This document shows, in pieces, positions 28,897-38,319 of a stretch of DNA of 64,000 bases. The DNA comes from Candidatus Binatus sp. (GTDB lineage Bacteria; Desulfobacterota; Binatia; Binatales; Binataceae). A program made the translations under genes and the position numbers. Within the stretch, counting starts at the first letter, position 1. Each line of letters starts with the position of its first letter. The DNA lies in assembly GCF_050013435.1 (NCBI RefSeq), contig NZ_JBEKFG010000003.1:12455-76454 (forward strand), written 5' to 3'. The notes beneath the pieces were generated by a model, which worked only from the letters and a program-made list of their open reading frames with translations, was not told the origin of the DNA and did no database searches.

Positions 28897-30210
28897 CTAC
28901 ATGTGTCCGGTTTCGGACATCTTCACCATCGCCTCGGTGCTGAAGAACGCTCGATCCACCGCGCCCATGTTGATGTACCAGCATTCACGCTCGGGCGTCT
29001 CGATGCCGGGCAGGTAGCACATCGTGGCCTGGCCGCTCTGCACATCGCTGGAGCAGGAGCCGACGACGAATTCTCGCTTGAAAGGATAGATGGCGACTTT
29101 CGCGTCGGGCACCGGGCGATCGCGATACGCGAGCCAGAAGATGTTGTTGCGGAACAGCGCGCCACGACGATCGTAGGTATCGATGTACGGCTCGAACCAC
29201 ATTTCAGAATCCATGTAGATGACGGTCTTGGAATCGAGCGCCGAGGAGTTGTTGACGCCGCGCCGCGGCTCGGCGGTCACGATGTACATGTGGCGCATCT
29301 GCCAACGCTCCGGGCATGCGCTGCCGCCGCCGTCGGTGGCGCAGCGGATTTCCGGCGAATGCTCGGCGTCAACCGTCGCGAGCATCTCCTTCTCGCCAAT
29401 GAACTTATAGTCGTACTCTTCGGTCTTCGGATTGAAACCCGAATAGCGATCGGGGTCAAAGCTCTGCGCGCCGGTCGCGGTCGAATTCATCGCCTCGTTC
29501 AGACGGCGCAGGCGCCGCGTGCCGGGCTCCCAAGCCCAGGTGTCGTCGCCATGAGTCGGACTGCCGTACCGATAACGCAGCAGACTGCTGCCACGTTCAG
29601 CCTGGGGCGCGAGTTCGGGACCGAGCAGGAACAACCACAGGCGGTTGGTAATCTTGAAGTCGGGATCGACGGGAATCGGCTCGACCTCGGTTCGGCCGAC
29701 CAGATCATAACCGGCGTAGTGCCCCTCCTGCAGGTATTCGACTGGAAAATAGGGCTTCTTGTAGCCGGTGTAGACCGTCTCGCAATCGAAATATCGCAGG
29801 TCGTAGTCGTCAGTGCTGATCGGACGCCACAAGGCGTTCCAGACGACCTTACTCGCGACGTAGGGATCGTTGGCGTCGATCAGCGGGAACGGCTGGCCGG
29901 CGACATAGCCGATGACGCTGCGATGATCCTTCGACAGCTGTACTTGCGACGAATATTTCTCGGTCGCGTCCTTATACGGCGGCGGCCAATCGATGCGCGA
30001 GGTGGGGACTATTTTCATCGTCATCCCGCGCTGCACTTTGTAGAACACGCCCGGCGAAACCAGATCCTTCACCTGCGCCGCGTTGTCCGGATTGATAAAA
30101 TCGCCCGGCTTGACGCCTGCCTCCCCCGGCAAGCTCAAGGCCAAGAGGGCCAACAATCCAAGGCCCCCGGCGACGACTGTTTTGCAAAACCCCGTAATCC
30201 CCGATTCCAT
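28897..30210 (-). CDS. DUF1329-like periplasmic/outer-membrane-associated protein, copy 1
   Basis: Signal peptide; KPGD.I...N, AGQPFP.ID.NDP, DD.W.W.PGTRRLRRL; GGAGG RBS. Confidence 0.8.
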   Translation of the reverse strand: MESGITGFCKTVVAGGLGLLALLALSLPGEAGVKPGDFINPDNAAQVKDLVSPGVFYKVQRGMTMKIVPTSRIDWPPPYKDATEKYSSQVQLSKDHRSVIGYVAGQPFPLIDANDPYVASKVVWNALWRPISTDDYDLRYFDCETVYTGYKKPYFPVEYLQEGHYAGYDLVGRTEVEPIPVDPDFKITNRLWLFLLGPELAPQAERGSSLLRYRYGSPTHGDDTWAWEPGTRRLRRLNEAMNSTATGAQSFDPDRYSGFNPKTEEYDYKFIGEKEMLATVDAEHSPEIRCATDGGGSACPERWQMRHMYIVTAEPRRGVNNSSALDSKTVIYMDSEMWFEPYIDTYDRRGALFRNNIFWLAYRDRPVPDAKVAIYPFKREFVVGSCSSDVQSGQATMCYLPGIETPERECWYINMGAVDRAFFSTEAMVKMSETGHM

Positions 30211-30545
30211 TCGAACCTCCGTAAAAGCCTTGAGCCGTTTTCCCCCGGCTGGATAAAAATACTCGCGAGCACGCATTTTTCAAGAACCTCTATTAGAATG
30301 GAAGCATGCCGATGTCAATCTGGCTATTGCGTATCAAATAAAATTTACCTGTTGCGTTCCCAGAGGCACGGATTGACGCGCGGCGATATCGCCGTTTTGC
30401 CGGCAATCCACTGGGCAGTTTATATGAAGATAGGCCGCGGGAATCGACGTCCGCGCGTGAGTGAAAAGAAAACGCCGGCAGAAGCGGATGCTCCTGCCGG
30501 CGTCGTACGATCAGAATCGTAAGGCGACTGCCTCGCGGCTGCTTG

Positions 30546-31859
30546 CTACATGTGTCCGGTTTCGGACATCTTCACCATCGCCTCGGTGGTGAAGAAGGCT
30601 CGATCCACCGCACCCATGTTGATGTACCAGCATTCACGCTCGGGTGTCTCGATGCCGGGCAGATAGCACATCGTTGCCTGGCTGCTCTGCACATCGGTGG
30701 AGCAGGCGCCGACGACGAATTCTCGCTTGAAAGGATAGATGGCGATTTTCGCGTCGGGCACCGGACGATCGCGATACGCGAGCCAGAAGACGTTGTTGCG
30801 GAACAGCTGGCCGCGGCGATCGTAGGTATCGATATACGGCTCGAACCACATTTCAGAATCCATGTAGATGACCGTCTTGGAATCGATCGCCTCGGCGTTG
30901 TTAACGCTGCGTCGCGGTTCGGCGCTCACGATGTACATGTGGCGCATCTGCCAACGCTCGGGGCATGCGCTGCCGCCGCCGTCGGTGGCGCATCGCAGTT
31001 CCGGTGAATGCTCGGCGTCAACCGAGCCGAGCATCTCCTTCTCGCCAATGAACTTATAGTCGTACTCTTCGGTCTTGGGATTGAAACCCGAATAGTGATC
31101 GGGGCTGAAGGTCTGCGTGCCGGTCGCGGTCGAATTCATCGCCTCGTTCAGACGGCGCAGGCGCCGCGTGCCGGGCTCCCAGGCCCAGGTGTCGTCGCCA
31201 TGAGTCGGACTGCCGTACCGATAACGCAGCAGACTGGTGCCACGTTCATTCTGGGGCGCGAGTTCCGGACCGAGCAGGAACAACCACAGGCGGTTGGTAA
31301 TCTTGAAGTCGGGATCGACGGGCATTGGCTCGACCTCGGTTCGCCCGACCAGGTCATAACCCGCGTAATGCCCCGTTTGATAGTACCAGAGTGCAAAGTA
31401 GGGCTTGTTGATGCCGGTGTAAACCGTGTCGCAATCGAAATATCGCAGGTCGTAGTCGTCATTGCTGATCGGACGCCACAAGGCATTCCAGACGATCTTG
31501 GTCGCGACGTAGGGATCGTTGGCGTCAATGAGCGGGAACGGCTGGCCGGCGACATAGCCGACGACACTGCGATGATCCTTCGAGAGTTGTACCTGCGACG
31601 CGTATTTTTCGGTCGCGTCCTTGTACGGCGGCGGCCAATCGATGCGCGAGGTGGGGACTATTTTCATCGTCATCCCACGCTGCACCTTGTAGAACACGCC
31701 CGGCGAAACCAGATCCTTCACCTGCGACGCGTTGTTCGGAGTGATGAAGTCGCCCGGCTTGACGCCTGCCTCCCCCGGCAAGCTCAAAGCCAAGAGGGCC
31801 AACAATCCAAGGCCCCCGGCGACGACTGTTTTGCGAAACCCCGCTATCCCCAATTGCAT
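30546..31859 (-). CDS. DUF1329-like protein, copy 2
   Basis: 437 aa, near-identical paralog of copies 1 and 3. Confidence 0.8.
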   Translation of the reverse strand: MQLGIAGFRKTVVAGGLGLLALLALSLPGEAGVKPGDFITPNNASQVKDLVSPGVFYKVQRGMTMKIVPTSRIDWPPPYKDATEKYASQVQLSKDHRSVVGYVAGQPFPLIDANDPYVATKIVWNALWRPISNDDYDLRYFDCDTVYTGINKPYFALWYYQTGHYAGYDLVGRTEVEPMPVDPDFKITNRLWLFLLGPELAPQNERGTSLLRYRYGSPTHGDDTWAWEPGTRRLRRLNEAMNSTATGTQTFSPDHYSGFNPKTEEYDYKFIGEKEMLGSVDAEHSPELRCATDGGGSACPERWQMRHMYIVSAEPRRSVNNAEAIDSKTVIYMDSEMWFEPYIDTYDRRGQLFRNNVFWLAYRDRPVPDAKIAIYPFKREFVVGACSTDVQSSQATMCYLPGIETPERECWYINMGAVDRAFFTTEAMVKMSETGHM

Positions 31860-32189
31860 TCGAACCTCCGTAGAAGCCTTGAGCCGTTTTCCCCGTGGCT
31901 GGATAAACTAACCGCCCGCTTAGAGTTTTCAGTAATATCTATTAGAAAAAAAGACGCGGAATGTCAACCCGCCTAATCGTATGAAATCTAGCCGTCGTGT
32001 TCCCAGAGGCGCGGATTGACGCGTGGTGAAGCAGCCTATTTGCCGGCAATCCACTGGGCAGTTTATATGAAGATAGGCCGCGGGAATCGACGTCCGCGCA
32101 TGAGAGAAAAGAAAACGCCGGCAGGAGTGGATGCTCCTGCCGGCGTCGTACGATCAGAATCGTGAGGCGATTCGCCTCGCGGCCGCTTG

Positions 32190-33503
32190 CTACATGTGTC
32201 CGGTCTCGGACATCTTCACCATCGCCTCGGTGGTAAAGAAGGCTCGATCCACCGCGCCCATGTTGATGTACCAGCATTCACGCTCGGGCGTCTCGATGCC
32301 GGGCAGGTAGCACATCGTGGCCTCGCCGCTCTGCACATCGGTGGAGCAGGCGCCGACGACGAATTCGCGCTTGAATGGATAGATGGCGATTTTCGCGTCA
32401 GGCACCGGGCGATCGCGATACGCGAGCCAGTAGATGTGATTGCGGAACAGCTCGCCGCGACGATCGTAAGTATCGATGTACGGCTCGAACCACATTTCGG
32501 AATCCATGTAGATGACCGTCTTGGAATCGATCGCCTCGGCGTTGTTAACGCTGCGCCGCGGCTCGGCGCTCACGATGTACATGTGGCGCATCTGCCAACG
32601 CTCGGGGCACGCACTGCCGCCGCCGTCGGTGGCGCATCGGACTTCCGGCGAATGCTCGGCGTCAACCGTCGCGAGCATCTCCTTCTCGCCGACGAACTTA
32701 TAGTCGTACTGTTCGGTCTTGGGATTGAAACCCGAATAGTGATCGGGGTCCCAGGTCTGCGCGCCGGTCGCGGTCGAATTGATCGCCTCGTTCAGGCGGC
32801 GCAAGCGCCGCGTGCCGGGCTCCCAGGCCCAGGTGTCGTCGCCATGAGTCGGACTGGCGTACCGATAACGCAGAAGACTTGTGCCACGAGCGTCCTGAGG
32901 CGCGAGTTCGGGACCGAGCAGGAACAACCAGAGGCGGTTGGTATTCTTGAAGTCGGGATCGACGGGCATCGGCTCGACCTCGGTTCGCCCGACCAGGTCA
33001 TAACCGGCGTAGTGACCCAACTGTCCGTAAGCGATTTCAAAAAAGGGCTTGTTGCGGCCGGTGTACACCGTGTCGCAATCGTAATATCGCAGGTCGTAGT
33101 CGTCATTGCTGATTGGACGCCACAAGGCGTTCCAGACGACCTTGGTCGCGACGTAGGGATCGTTCGCGTCGATCAGCGGGAAGGGCTGGCCGGCGACATA
33201 GCCGACGACGGTGCGATGATCCTTCGAGAGCTGCACCTGCGACGAATATTTCTCGGTCGCGTCCTTGTACGGCGGCGGCCAATCGATGCGCGAGGTGGGG
33301 ACTATCTTCATCGTCATCCCGCGCTGCACCTTGTAGAACACGCCCGGCGAAACCAGATCCTTCACCTGCGCCGCGTTGTCCGGAGTGATGAAGTCGCCCG
33401 GCTTGACGCCTGCCTCCCCTGGCAGGCTCAAGGCCACGAGGGCCAACAATCCAAAGCCCCCGGCGGCGATTGTTCTGCGAAACCCCGCTATCCCCATTTT
33501 CAT
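32190..33503 (-). CDS. DUF1329-like protein, copy 3
   Basis: 437 aa from ATG 33503; near-identical paralog. Confidence 0.8.
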   Translation of the reverse strand: MKMGIAGFRRTIAAGGFGLLALVALSLPGEAGVKPGDFITPDNAAQVKDLVSPGVFYKVQRGMTMKIVPTSRIDWPPPYKDATEKYSSQVQLSKDHRTVVGYVAGQPFPLIDANDPYVATKVVWNALWRPISNDDYDLRYYDCDTVYTGRNKPFFEIAYGQLGHYAGYDLVGRTEVEPMPVDPDFKNTNRLWLFLLGPELAPQDARGTSLLRYRYASPTHGDDTWAWEPGTRRLRRLNEAINSTATGAQTWDPDHYSGFNPKTEQYDYKFVGEKEMLATVDAEHSPEVRCATDGGGSACPERWQMRHMYIVSAEPRRSVNNAEAIDSKTVIYMDSEMWFEPYIDTYDRRGELFRNHIYWLAYRDRPVPDAKIAIYPFKREFVVGACSTDVQSGEATMCYLPGIETPERECWYINMGAVDRAFFTTEAMVKMSETGHM

Positions 33504-33583
33504 TCGAACCTCCGTAAAAGCCCTGAGCGGTTTTCCCCCTGGCTGGATAAACATCCCAGCCAGCATAGAGTTTTCACTAATCT

Positions 33584-33612
33584 CTATTAGAAAAAAAGCC
33601 GCGGAATGTCAA
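33584..33612 (-). promoter_or_regulatory. Putative sigma70 promoter of DUF1329 copy 3 (equivalents at 30290-30318 and 31939-31967)
   Basis: TTGACA-N17-TAATAG on the minus strand in all three units. Confidence 0.65.
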
Positions 33613-33680
33613 TGCGCCTAATCGTATAAAATCTCGCCGTCGTGTTCCGAGAGGCACGGATTTATGCGAAGCGAAACAGC

Positions 33681-34268
33681 CTATTTGCCACCAACCCGCC
33701 ACTCCGATGCCGGGCTGCGGCGATAGATGCCCTTATCGCGCGTCAGCATCCCGTATCCGACCATCTCGCGGCGCAGCGTCGCGCAGTCGCGGTGGTGCAG
33801 CTTGAGGATCGCGTTCAGCCGGGCCTCGGTGTAGCTGATGCCCGGTTCGAAGAACTCGGCGAGCCACTTCAGGATTACTAATCGCTTCTTGCGGCTGACC
33901 GGAATTTCGAGCAAGCGCTCTCCATCGATGAAGTTGTCGAGGACTTTTTGCTCCGAGCCGCCAGCTTCAGCCGACACGGCCAATCTGGCGATATTATCGC
34001 GGCTGAACACGGTACGGCTGAGCTGTCTGAGCATCTCTTCGTTCAACCGATACCGGTGGAAGTTCCCGTCGGCGCGCAGCTTGACCAAGCCGAGCTGTTT
34101 GAGCACCGCGAGGTGATGCGAGACGGTCGGTTCCTTCAAATTGAGCATTGACGCCAGCTCTTGAACGCTGCGCTCAGCGGTGGAGAGCAGGCTGATGATC
34201 TTGAGGCGGCTCTCGTCGGCCATCGCCTTGCAGAACTGAAGCATGATTTCGGGTGGTTGATGATCCAT
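33681..34268 (-). CDS. ArsR-family HTH regulator with C-terminal DUF2087-like domain
   Basis: KAMADESRLKII...SVQELA...PTVSHHL; C-terminal IP..RKKRLVIL...D.ATLRREMV. Confidence 0.85.
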   Translation of the reverse strand: MDHQPPEIMLQFCKAMADESRLKIISLLSTAERSVQELASMLNLKEPTVSHHLAVLKQLGLVKLRADGNFHRYRLNEEMLRQLSRTVFSRDNIARLAVSAEAGGSEQKVLDNFIDGERLLEIPVSRKKRLVILKWLAEFFEPGISYTEARLNAILKLHHRDCATLRREMVGYGMLTRDKGIYRRSPASEWRVGGK

Positions 34269-34280
34269 CGCGGGCCGCTG

Positions 34281-34324
34281 AACTATTTTGATGCTTATCT
34301 AATTAGATATATATCAAAATAGTT
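34281..34324. promoter_or_regulatory. 44-bp AT-rich palindrome, probable operator
   Basis: AACTATTTTGAT-gct-TATCTAATTAGATA-tat-ATCAAAATAGTT, 12 bp upstream of the regulator start codon. Confidence 0.75.
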
Positions 34325-34496
34325 CCAGCGATCAAGCACTCGCCATCGCCTGCGCGCTGGTCGACGCTGTACGTCCAGCGTCTGCGGGCGCGAATCACGT
34401 CGAGTTCGTCCGGCTCAGCGCTCTTAACGTTGCGGTGCCGCCGGATGGGGCAGACAAAGGCGGACAATCGGGACTGTCGGAAGGAAGAGAGCTGAG

Positions 34497-34571
34497 CGTC
34501 CCCGACGGGATTTGAACCCGTGTTACCGACGTGAAAGGCCGGTGTCCTAGGCCGAGCTAGACGACGGGGAC
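34497..34571 (-). tRNA. tRNA-Glu(UUC)
   Basis: Reverse complement GTCCCCGTCGTCTAGCTCGGCCTAGGACACCGGCCTTTCACGTCGGTAACACGGGTTCAAATCCCGTCGGGGACG; anticodon TTC; CCA not encoded. Confidence 0.95.
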
Positions 34572-34732
34572 ATAAGCATCGAAACCCGAAAATACAAACG
34601 CGCGCGATGCGCGCGCCTGACAGCCAAAAGTATCAGAGCCGCAAGAAGCGGAGCAAGTCATCGCGGCCAGCGGTCCAGCGGCCGCAAGCGCTGGCGTTGT
34701 CTGGAGAACCGGCTACCGATAATTTCGACACG

Positions 34733-35713
34733 ATGTCCGATACTCCCATCTTGATCGCGGGCGCCGGCGCGATTGGCTCGATCCTCGGCGGGATGCTGCA
34801 TGATGCCGGGCACGACGTCACGCTGCTTGGCCGGCCAGCGCATCTCGAGGCGATTGCACGCGGGGGCTTGAGAATTTCGGGACTGCTTGGCGATCGAATC
34901 GTCGCCGGCATGACGCTGGCCGACGATCCCGCCAGACTTGGCAGGCGCTTCGGATTAATCGTCTGCGCGGTCAAGAGTTATGACACCGAATCGATCGCGG
35001 CTGCGCTGGCCGACCGGTTGAGCGAAGACGGCGCGACCGTCTCGATGCAAAATGGCCTGGGCAATATCGAGTCGTTGATCGAGCGCTTCGGACGACGGCG
35101 CGTATTGGGCGCGCGCGTGATCTTCGGCGCGGAAATACCTTCGCCGGGCAGCGCGCACGTGACGGTTTTCGCGCAGCCGGTCGCAATCGGACCAGCGCCT
35201 GCGATTCATCGGGAGGACTCGCCGGCGCTGGCAGCGCGCGCCCGCGCGATCGCCGCAATGATCGACGCCGCCGGCGTTCCTGCCGTCGCTGTTGACGACA
35301 TCATGCCCGTGCTGTGGACCAAGCTTCTGTACAACGTGGCGCTGAATCCGCTCGGCGCACTTCTGCAGCAGCATTACGGGGCGCTGGCCGGGGATCCGGA
35401 CGTGAGGCCAATCATGGACAGCGCGATCGAGGAGGCATTCGCGGTCGCGCGCGCGCTCGGCATCGCCCTGCCCTTTTCGAGTGCGGCGGAGTATCGAAAA
35501 GTTTTTTACGAGCAGATGATTCCGCCGACGTCCAGCCATCGGCCGACGATGCTGCACGATCTTCATGTTCGCGGACGCACCGAGATCGGCGCGCTCAACG
35601 GCAAGATCGTCGAGCTTGCCGATCGCCTCGGAGTCAGCGCGGAGACGAATCGGATGCTCACTCGGCTCGTCCGAGCTGCGCAACGCGTCACTGAAAAAAA
35701 GGAGCACCGATGA
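34733..35713 (+). CDS. panE: 2-dehydropantoate 2-reductase (ketopantoate reductase family)
   Basis: GAGAIGS, VKSYD, MQNGLG, WTKLLYN...NPL, TMLHD...GRTEI. Confidence 0.85.
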   Translation: MSDTPILIAGAGAIGSILGGMLHDAGHDVTLLGRPAHLEAIARGGLRISGLLGDRIVAGMTLADDPARLGRRFGLIVCAVKSYDTESIAAALADRLSEDGATVSMQNGLGNIESLIERFGRRRVLGARVIFGAEIPSPGSAHVTVFAQPVAIGPAPAIHREDSPALAARARAIAAMIDAAGVPAVAVDDIMPVLWTKLLYNVALNPLGALLQQHYGALAGDPDVRPIMDSAIEEAFAVARALGIALPFSSAAEYRKVFYEQMIPPTSSHRPTMLHDLHVRGRTEIGALNGKIVELADRLGVSAETNRMLTRLVRAAQRVTEKKEHR

Positions 35714-36192
35714 AGGCGGCATCGATACGCCGCGCGAGCATGGATGCGATCGTCGCACAGGCTGAGCGCGAGTTCCCGTTCGAATGCTGCGGCTTCATCA
35801 TCGGTGACAACGAAAACTCGGTCGAGGAAGTCCGCCCGGTCGCCAACATTCAGGACCGCATGCACACGCAAGATCCCGCGGCGTTCCCGCGTGACGCGCG
35901 CGCGGCTTTCCTGATGGAGCCGAAAGAGCATCTGGCGGTAATGAACGAAGTCGATCGGCGCAAGCTCGCGGTCCGCGCCGTTTACCATTCGCATCCCGAT
36001 CACGACGCGTATTTTTCCGCGACCGATCGCGCGCAGGCGTGCTCGTTCGATCCGCCGGCACCCGACTATCCCGGAGTCGTTTACATCGTGATGTCGATTC
36101 GCGCCGGCAAATTCGCGAGCGCAGCCGCGTTCGCCTGGGATTTCGAAAAGCAGGACTTCGCCGAGACACCGCTGACCGTCGACGGATTGTAA
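35710..36192 (+). CDS. JAB/MPN (M67) metallopeptidase, Mec-like
   Basis: P.ECCG and YHSHPD..AYFS.TD JAMM motif. Confidence 0.85.
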   Translation: MKAASIRRASMDAIVAQAEREFPFECCGFIIGDNENSVEEVRPVANIQDRMHTQDPAAFPRDARAAFLMEPKEHLAVMNEVDRRKLAVRAVYHSHPDHDAYFSATDRAQACSFDPPAPDYPGVVYIVMSIRAGKFASAAAFAWDFEKQDFAETPLTVDGL

Positions 36193-36221
36193 GTAGTCAC
36201 AATCTGAACTACACTGGTTTG

Positions 36222-36521
36222 ATGCCGAAGCGAGCCGTAATGCTCGGCCCGGACGCGGTCCGTCAATTCAGGGCGCTCAGCGCCGCCGAACGCTCGCGGC
36301 TCAAGGCGGCAATGCAGGCCGCGCTCGCTGAAGATGACGCGACCGTTAAGAACAAGAACCGCTTGCGCTTGCGGCGGCCTTCCGGGCAGTACGAGTTCGA
36401 GTTCCGAGACGGCGATTTGCGCGTCTTCTATCGGGTCGAAGATGACCAGGTGATCGTCGACGCAATCGGACGCAAGCGTGGCAACCAGCTTTTCATCGGA
36501 AGCAGGAAGGTGACTCTATGA
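36222..36521 (+). CDS. RelE/ParE-superfamily toxin
   Basis: About 99 aa, basic; EFRDGDLRVFYRV...V.V.AIG.K; overlaps the antitoxin start. Confidence 0.75.
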   Translation: MPKRAVMLGPDAVRQFRALSAAERSRLKAAMQAALAEDDATVKNKNRLRLRRPSGQYEFEFRDGDLRVFYRVEDDQVIVDAIGRKRGNQLFIGSRKVTL

Positions 36522-36760
36522 AAATCGAGAACATTCGCGAGGTCAAAACGCGGTTCAGCCGCTACGTCAAGGAGCTGCCGAAAAGCGGCTCGGTCCTGAT
36601 CACCAAGAACGGCCGGCCATGCGCGGCACTGGTGCCGGTTACCGAAGACACCGACCTCGAAGCGCTGGCGCTGTCCCAGAACAAGCGCTTCTGGAAACTT
36701 ATCGACGACGCAGTCGCGCGTGGGAAAAAAGAGGGCTTCGTCGATCTGGCGGACCTGTAA
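36518..36760 (+). CDS. Phd/YefM-family antitoxin
   Basis: IREVKTRFSRYV...VLITKNGRP.AALVP. Confidence 0.85.
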   Translation: MKIENIREVKTRFSRYVKELPKSGSVLITKNGRPCAALVPVTEDTDLEALALSQNKRFWKLIDDAVARGKKEGFVDLADL

Positions 36761-36788
36761 GCCCCGGCGCCCGCTGCGGCAAGCGTCT

Positions 36789-38198
36789 CTATAAGGTGGG
36801 TAAGGGAATGAAGCGCTTCAGTTTCCCAGCATCCTGGCGCTCGATCCTATCAACCCGGCGCACGATCACTTCCGGTGCGGGCAGGCCAAGGCCGATGAGC
36901 CGTTGAGCCAGCGTGGATCGGAGGGCCTCGATATCGACGGTGGCGCGAGCAACGATAGCGATCTCGGCCCCGCGTTGCGTCTGCCGGACCTGGTATTCGA
37001 CGATCGCCGGATCTTTGCCGAGCGAGGAACGGAAGTTCAGCGGGTGAACGGTGGTCCCGCTTGCGTAACGGAACACGTCGTCGGCTCGGCCGTGCACGTC
37101 GGCTACCTTGAGATAGGCCGAGCCGCAGCGACAAGGGCCGGCGGCGATCTGGAACTCGTCGGTAATCTCGTAGCGGATAAGCGGCATGATTCGATTGTAA
37201 AGGTTGGTCACGAGGATTTTGGCCGAGCGCTGGCCGCGGGGGACCGGATTGCCGTGCTCATCAATCGGTTCGATGATGTTCAGATCCTCCCCGATGTGGA
37301 AACCCGCGCCAGCCGGGCAACAAAACGCGCCGCCGTTGGATTCGCTGGCCGCCCAACCGTTCGCAACCGGAGCGCTCCAGGTCGCTTCAACCATCGCTCG
37401 AACCTCCGGCAGCAGCGGCTCGGAAGTGCTCCAGATGAGCGCGGGTGCGATGTGCAGATGGCCGCTGTGCGCTTCCTCGCACAGAGCCGGCAGCATGCTG
37501 GGGTAGGTGTGCAGGAGCGACGGCTGTGCGCGATTCAGGATCGCAACGATTTCGGCGAGCGGCAGGCTGACGGGAGCTCGCACGCTGGGCCGCTCCGGAT
37601 TCGAGAACGTTTGTCCAAGAGCGCTGGTCGCGTGGCTCGCCACGTACGCCGACACGGTTGCGAAGGGTCCCGGCTGCCGTCCAAGGCTCAGTAGAATATC
37701 GTAGAGGCCTCGCATCAAACCGAGCGCCGACGCCGCCCAGCCGTACCAGTCGTAGACAAATACGCCGCGCTTTCCACTGGAGCCGCCCGACGCGATCACA
37801 TGCAAATCGTCAAGGAAGTACGAATCGGCGGCAAGTCCAGCGAGATGGGTTTCGGCGGCTGCAAGAGTGCAGCGGGGATCGGTGACGATTGCGTCCCAGT
37901 GCTCCATCAGGTCGCCCTTCGTCATCGGCGGAATATCGCGCAGGGCGGCCGGCGTCAGGCGATCGCCATCCAGCCCTCGCAGGCGTTCGCGATGCCACGG
38001 AGAAGAGCGCACTGCATGGCTCACGAGATCCCGCAGCGCGCGTGTCTGTTCGGCGTCGATCTCCGCTCTGGACCAACGCAAGCGCGCGAGGAACTCGGGC
38101 ATGCGGCTCATCAGATACGAGAAGTGTCGCTGGCGCGTCTTTTCGTAAGATCCGGCTCCATTCGAAGCAATGGGTGTTGCGTCGTCGACCACCGCCAC
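36789..38198 (-). CDS. Phenylacetate-CoA ligase (PaaK/CapK)-like adenylate-forming enzyme
   Basis: SGGSSGKRG P-loop, VTNLYN..MPLIRYEITD, CRCG...GRADD. Confidence 0.8.
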   Translation of the reverse strand: MAVVDDATPIASNGAGSYEKTRQRHFSYLMSRMPEFLARLRWSRAEIDAEQTRALRDLVSHAVRSSPWHRERLRGLDGDRLTPAALRDIPPMTKGDLMEHWDAIVTDPRCTLAAAETHLAGLAADSYFLDDLHVIASGGSSGKRGVFVYDWYGWAASALGLMRGLYDILLSLGRQPGPFATVSAYVASHATSALGQTFSNPERPSVRAPVSLPLAEIVAILNRAQPSLLHTYPSMLPALCEEAHSGHLHIAPALIWSTSEPLLPEVRAMVEATWSAPVANGWAASESNGGAFCCPAGAGFHIGEDLNIIEPIDEHGNPVPRGQRSAKILVTNLYNRIMPLIRYEITDEFQIAAGPCRCGSAYLKVADVHGRADDVFRYASGTTVHPLNFRSSLGKDPAIVEYQVRQTQRGAEIAIVARATVDIEALRSTLAQRLIGLGLPAPEVIVRRVDRIERQDAGKLKRFIPLPTL

Positions 38199-38247
38199 CT
38201 TGTAGCACCTTCATCATTGGCCCTAACAGGGCGGTGCCACGGGCACG

Positions 38248-38319
38248 GCAGGGGTGACCCCTGCACTCAGTGTTAAGGCCGCGCTCCGTTGTCGCGCGCG
38301 GGCAGGGGTGACCCCTGCC
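38248..38319. repeat. Pair of REP-like palindromes
   Basis: GCAGGGGTGACCCCTGC at 38248-38264 and 38302-38318 in an intergenic gap. Confidence 0.7.

Larger units (their letters stand above)
28758..33705. repeat. Tandem triplication, unit about 1.65 kb (promoter + gene + terminator)
   Basis: Stops at 28897, 30546 and 32190 (periods 1649 and 1644); intergenic sequences are also repeated. Confidence 0.92.

Noticed and set aside
28810-30522. 570-aa plus-strand ORF (and similar ones at 31008-31976 and 32187-33590)
   Set aside because: Antisense shadows of the DUF1329-like genes. The frame is not kept intact across all three copies and has no motifs.
28897-33503. Diversity-generating retroelement behind the paralog variation
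   Set aside because: No reverse transcriptase or template repeat in the window. Whole genes are duplicated and differences are not confined to one short variable region.
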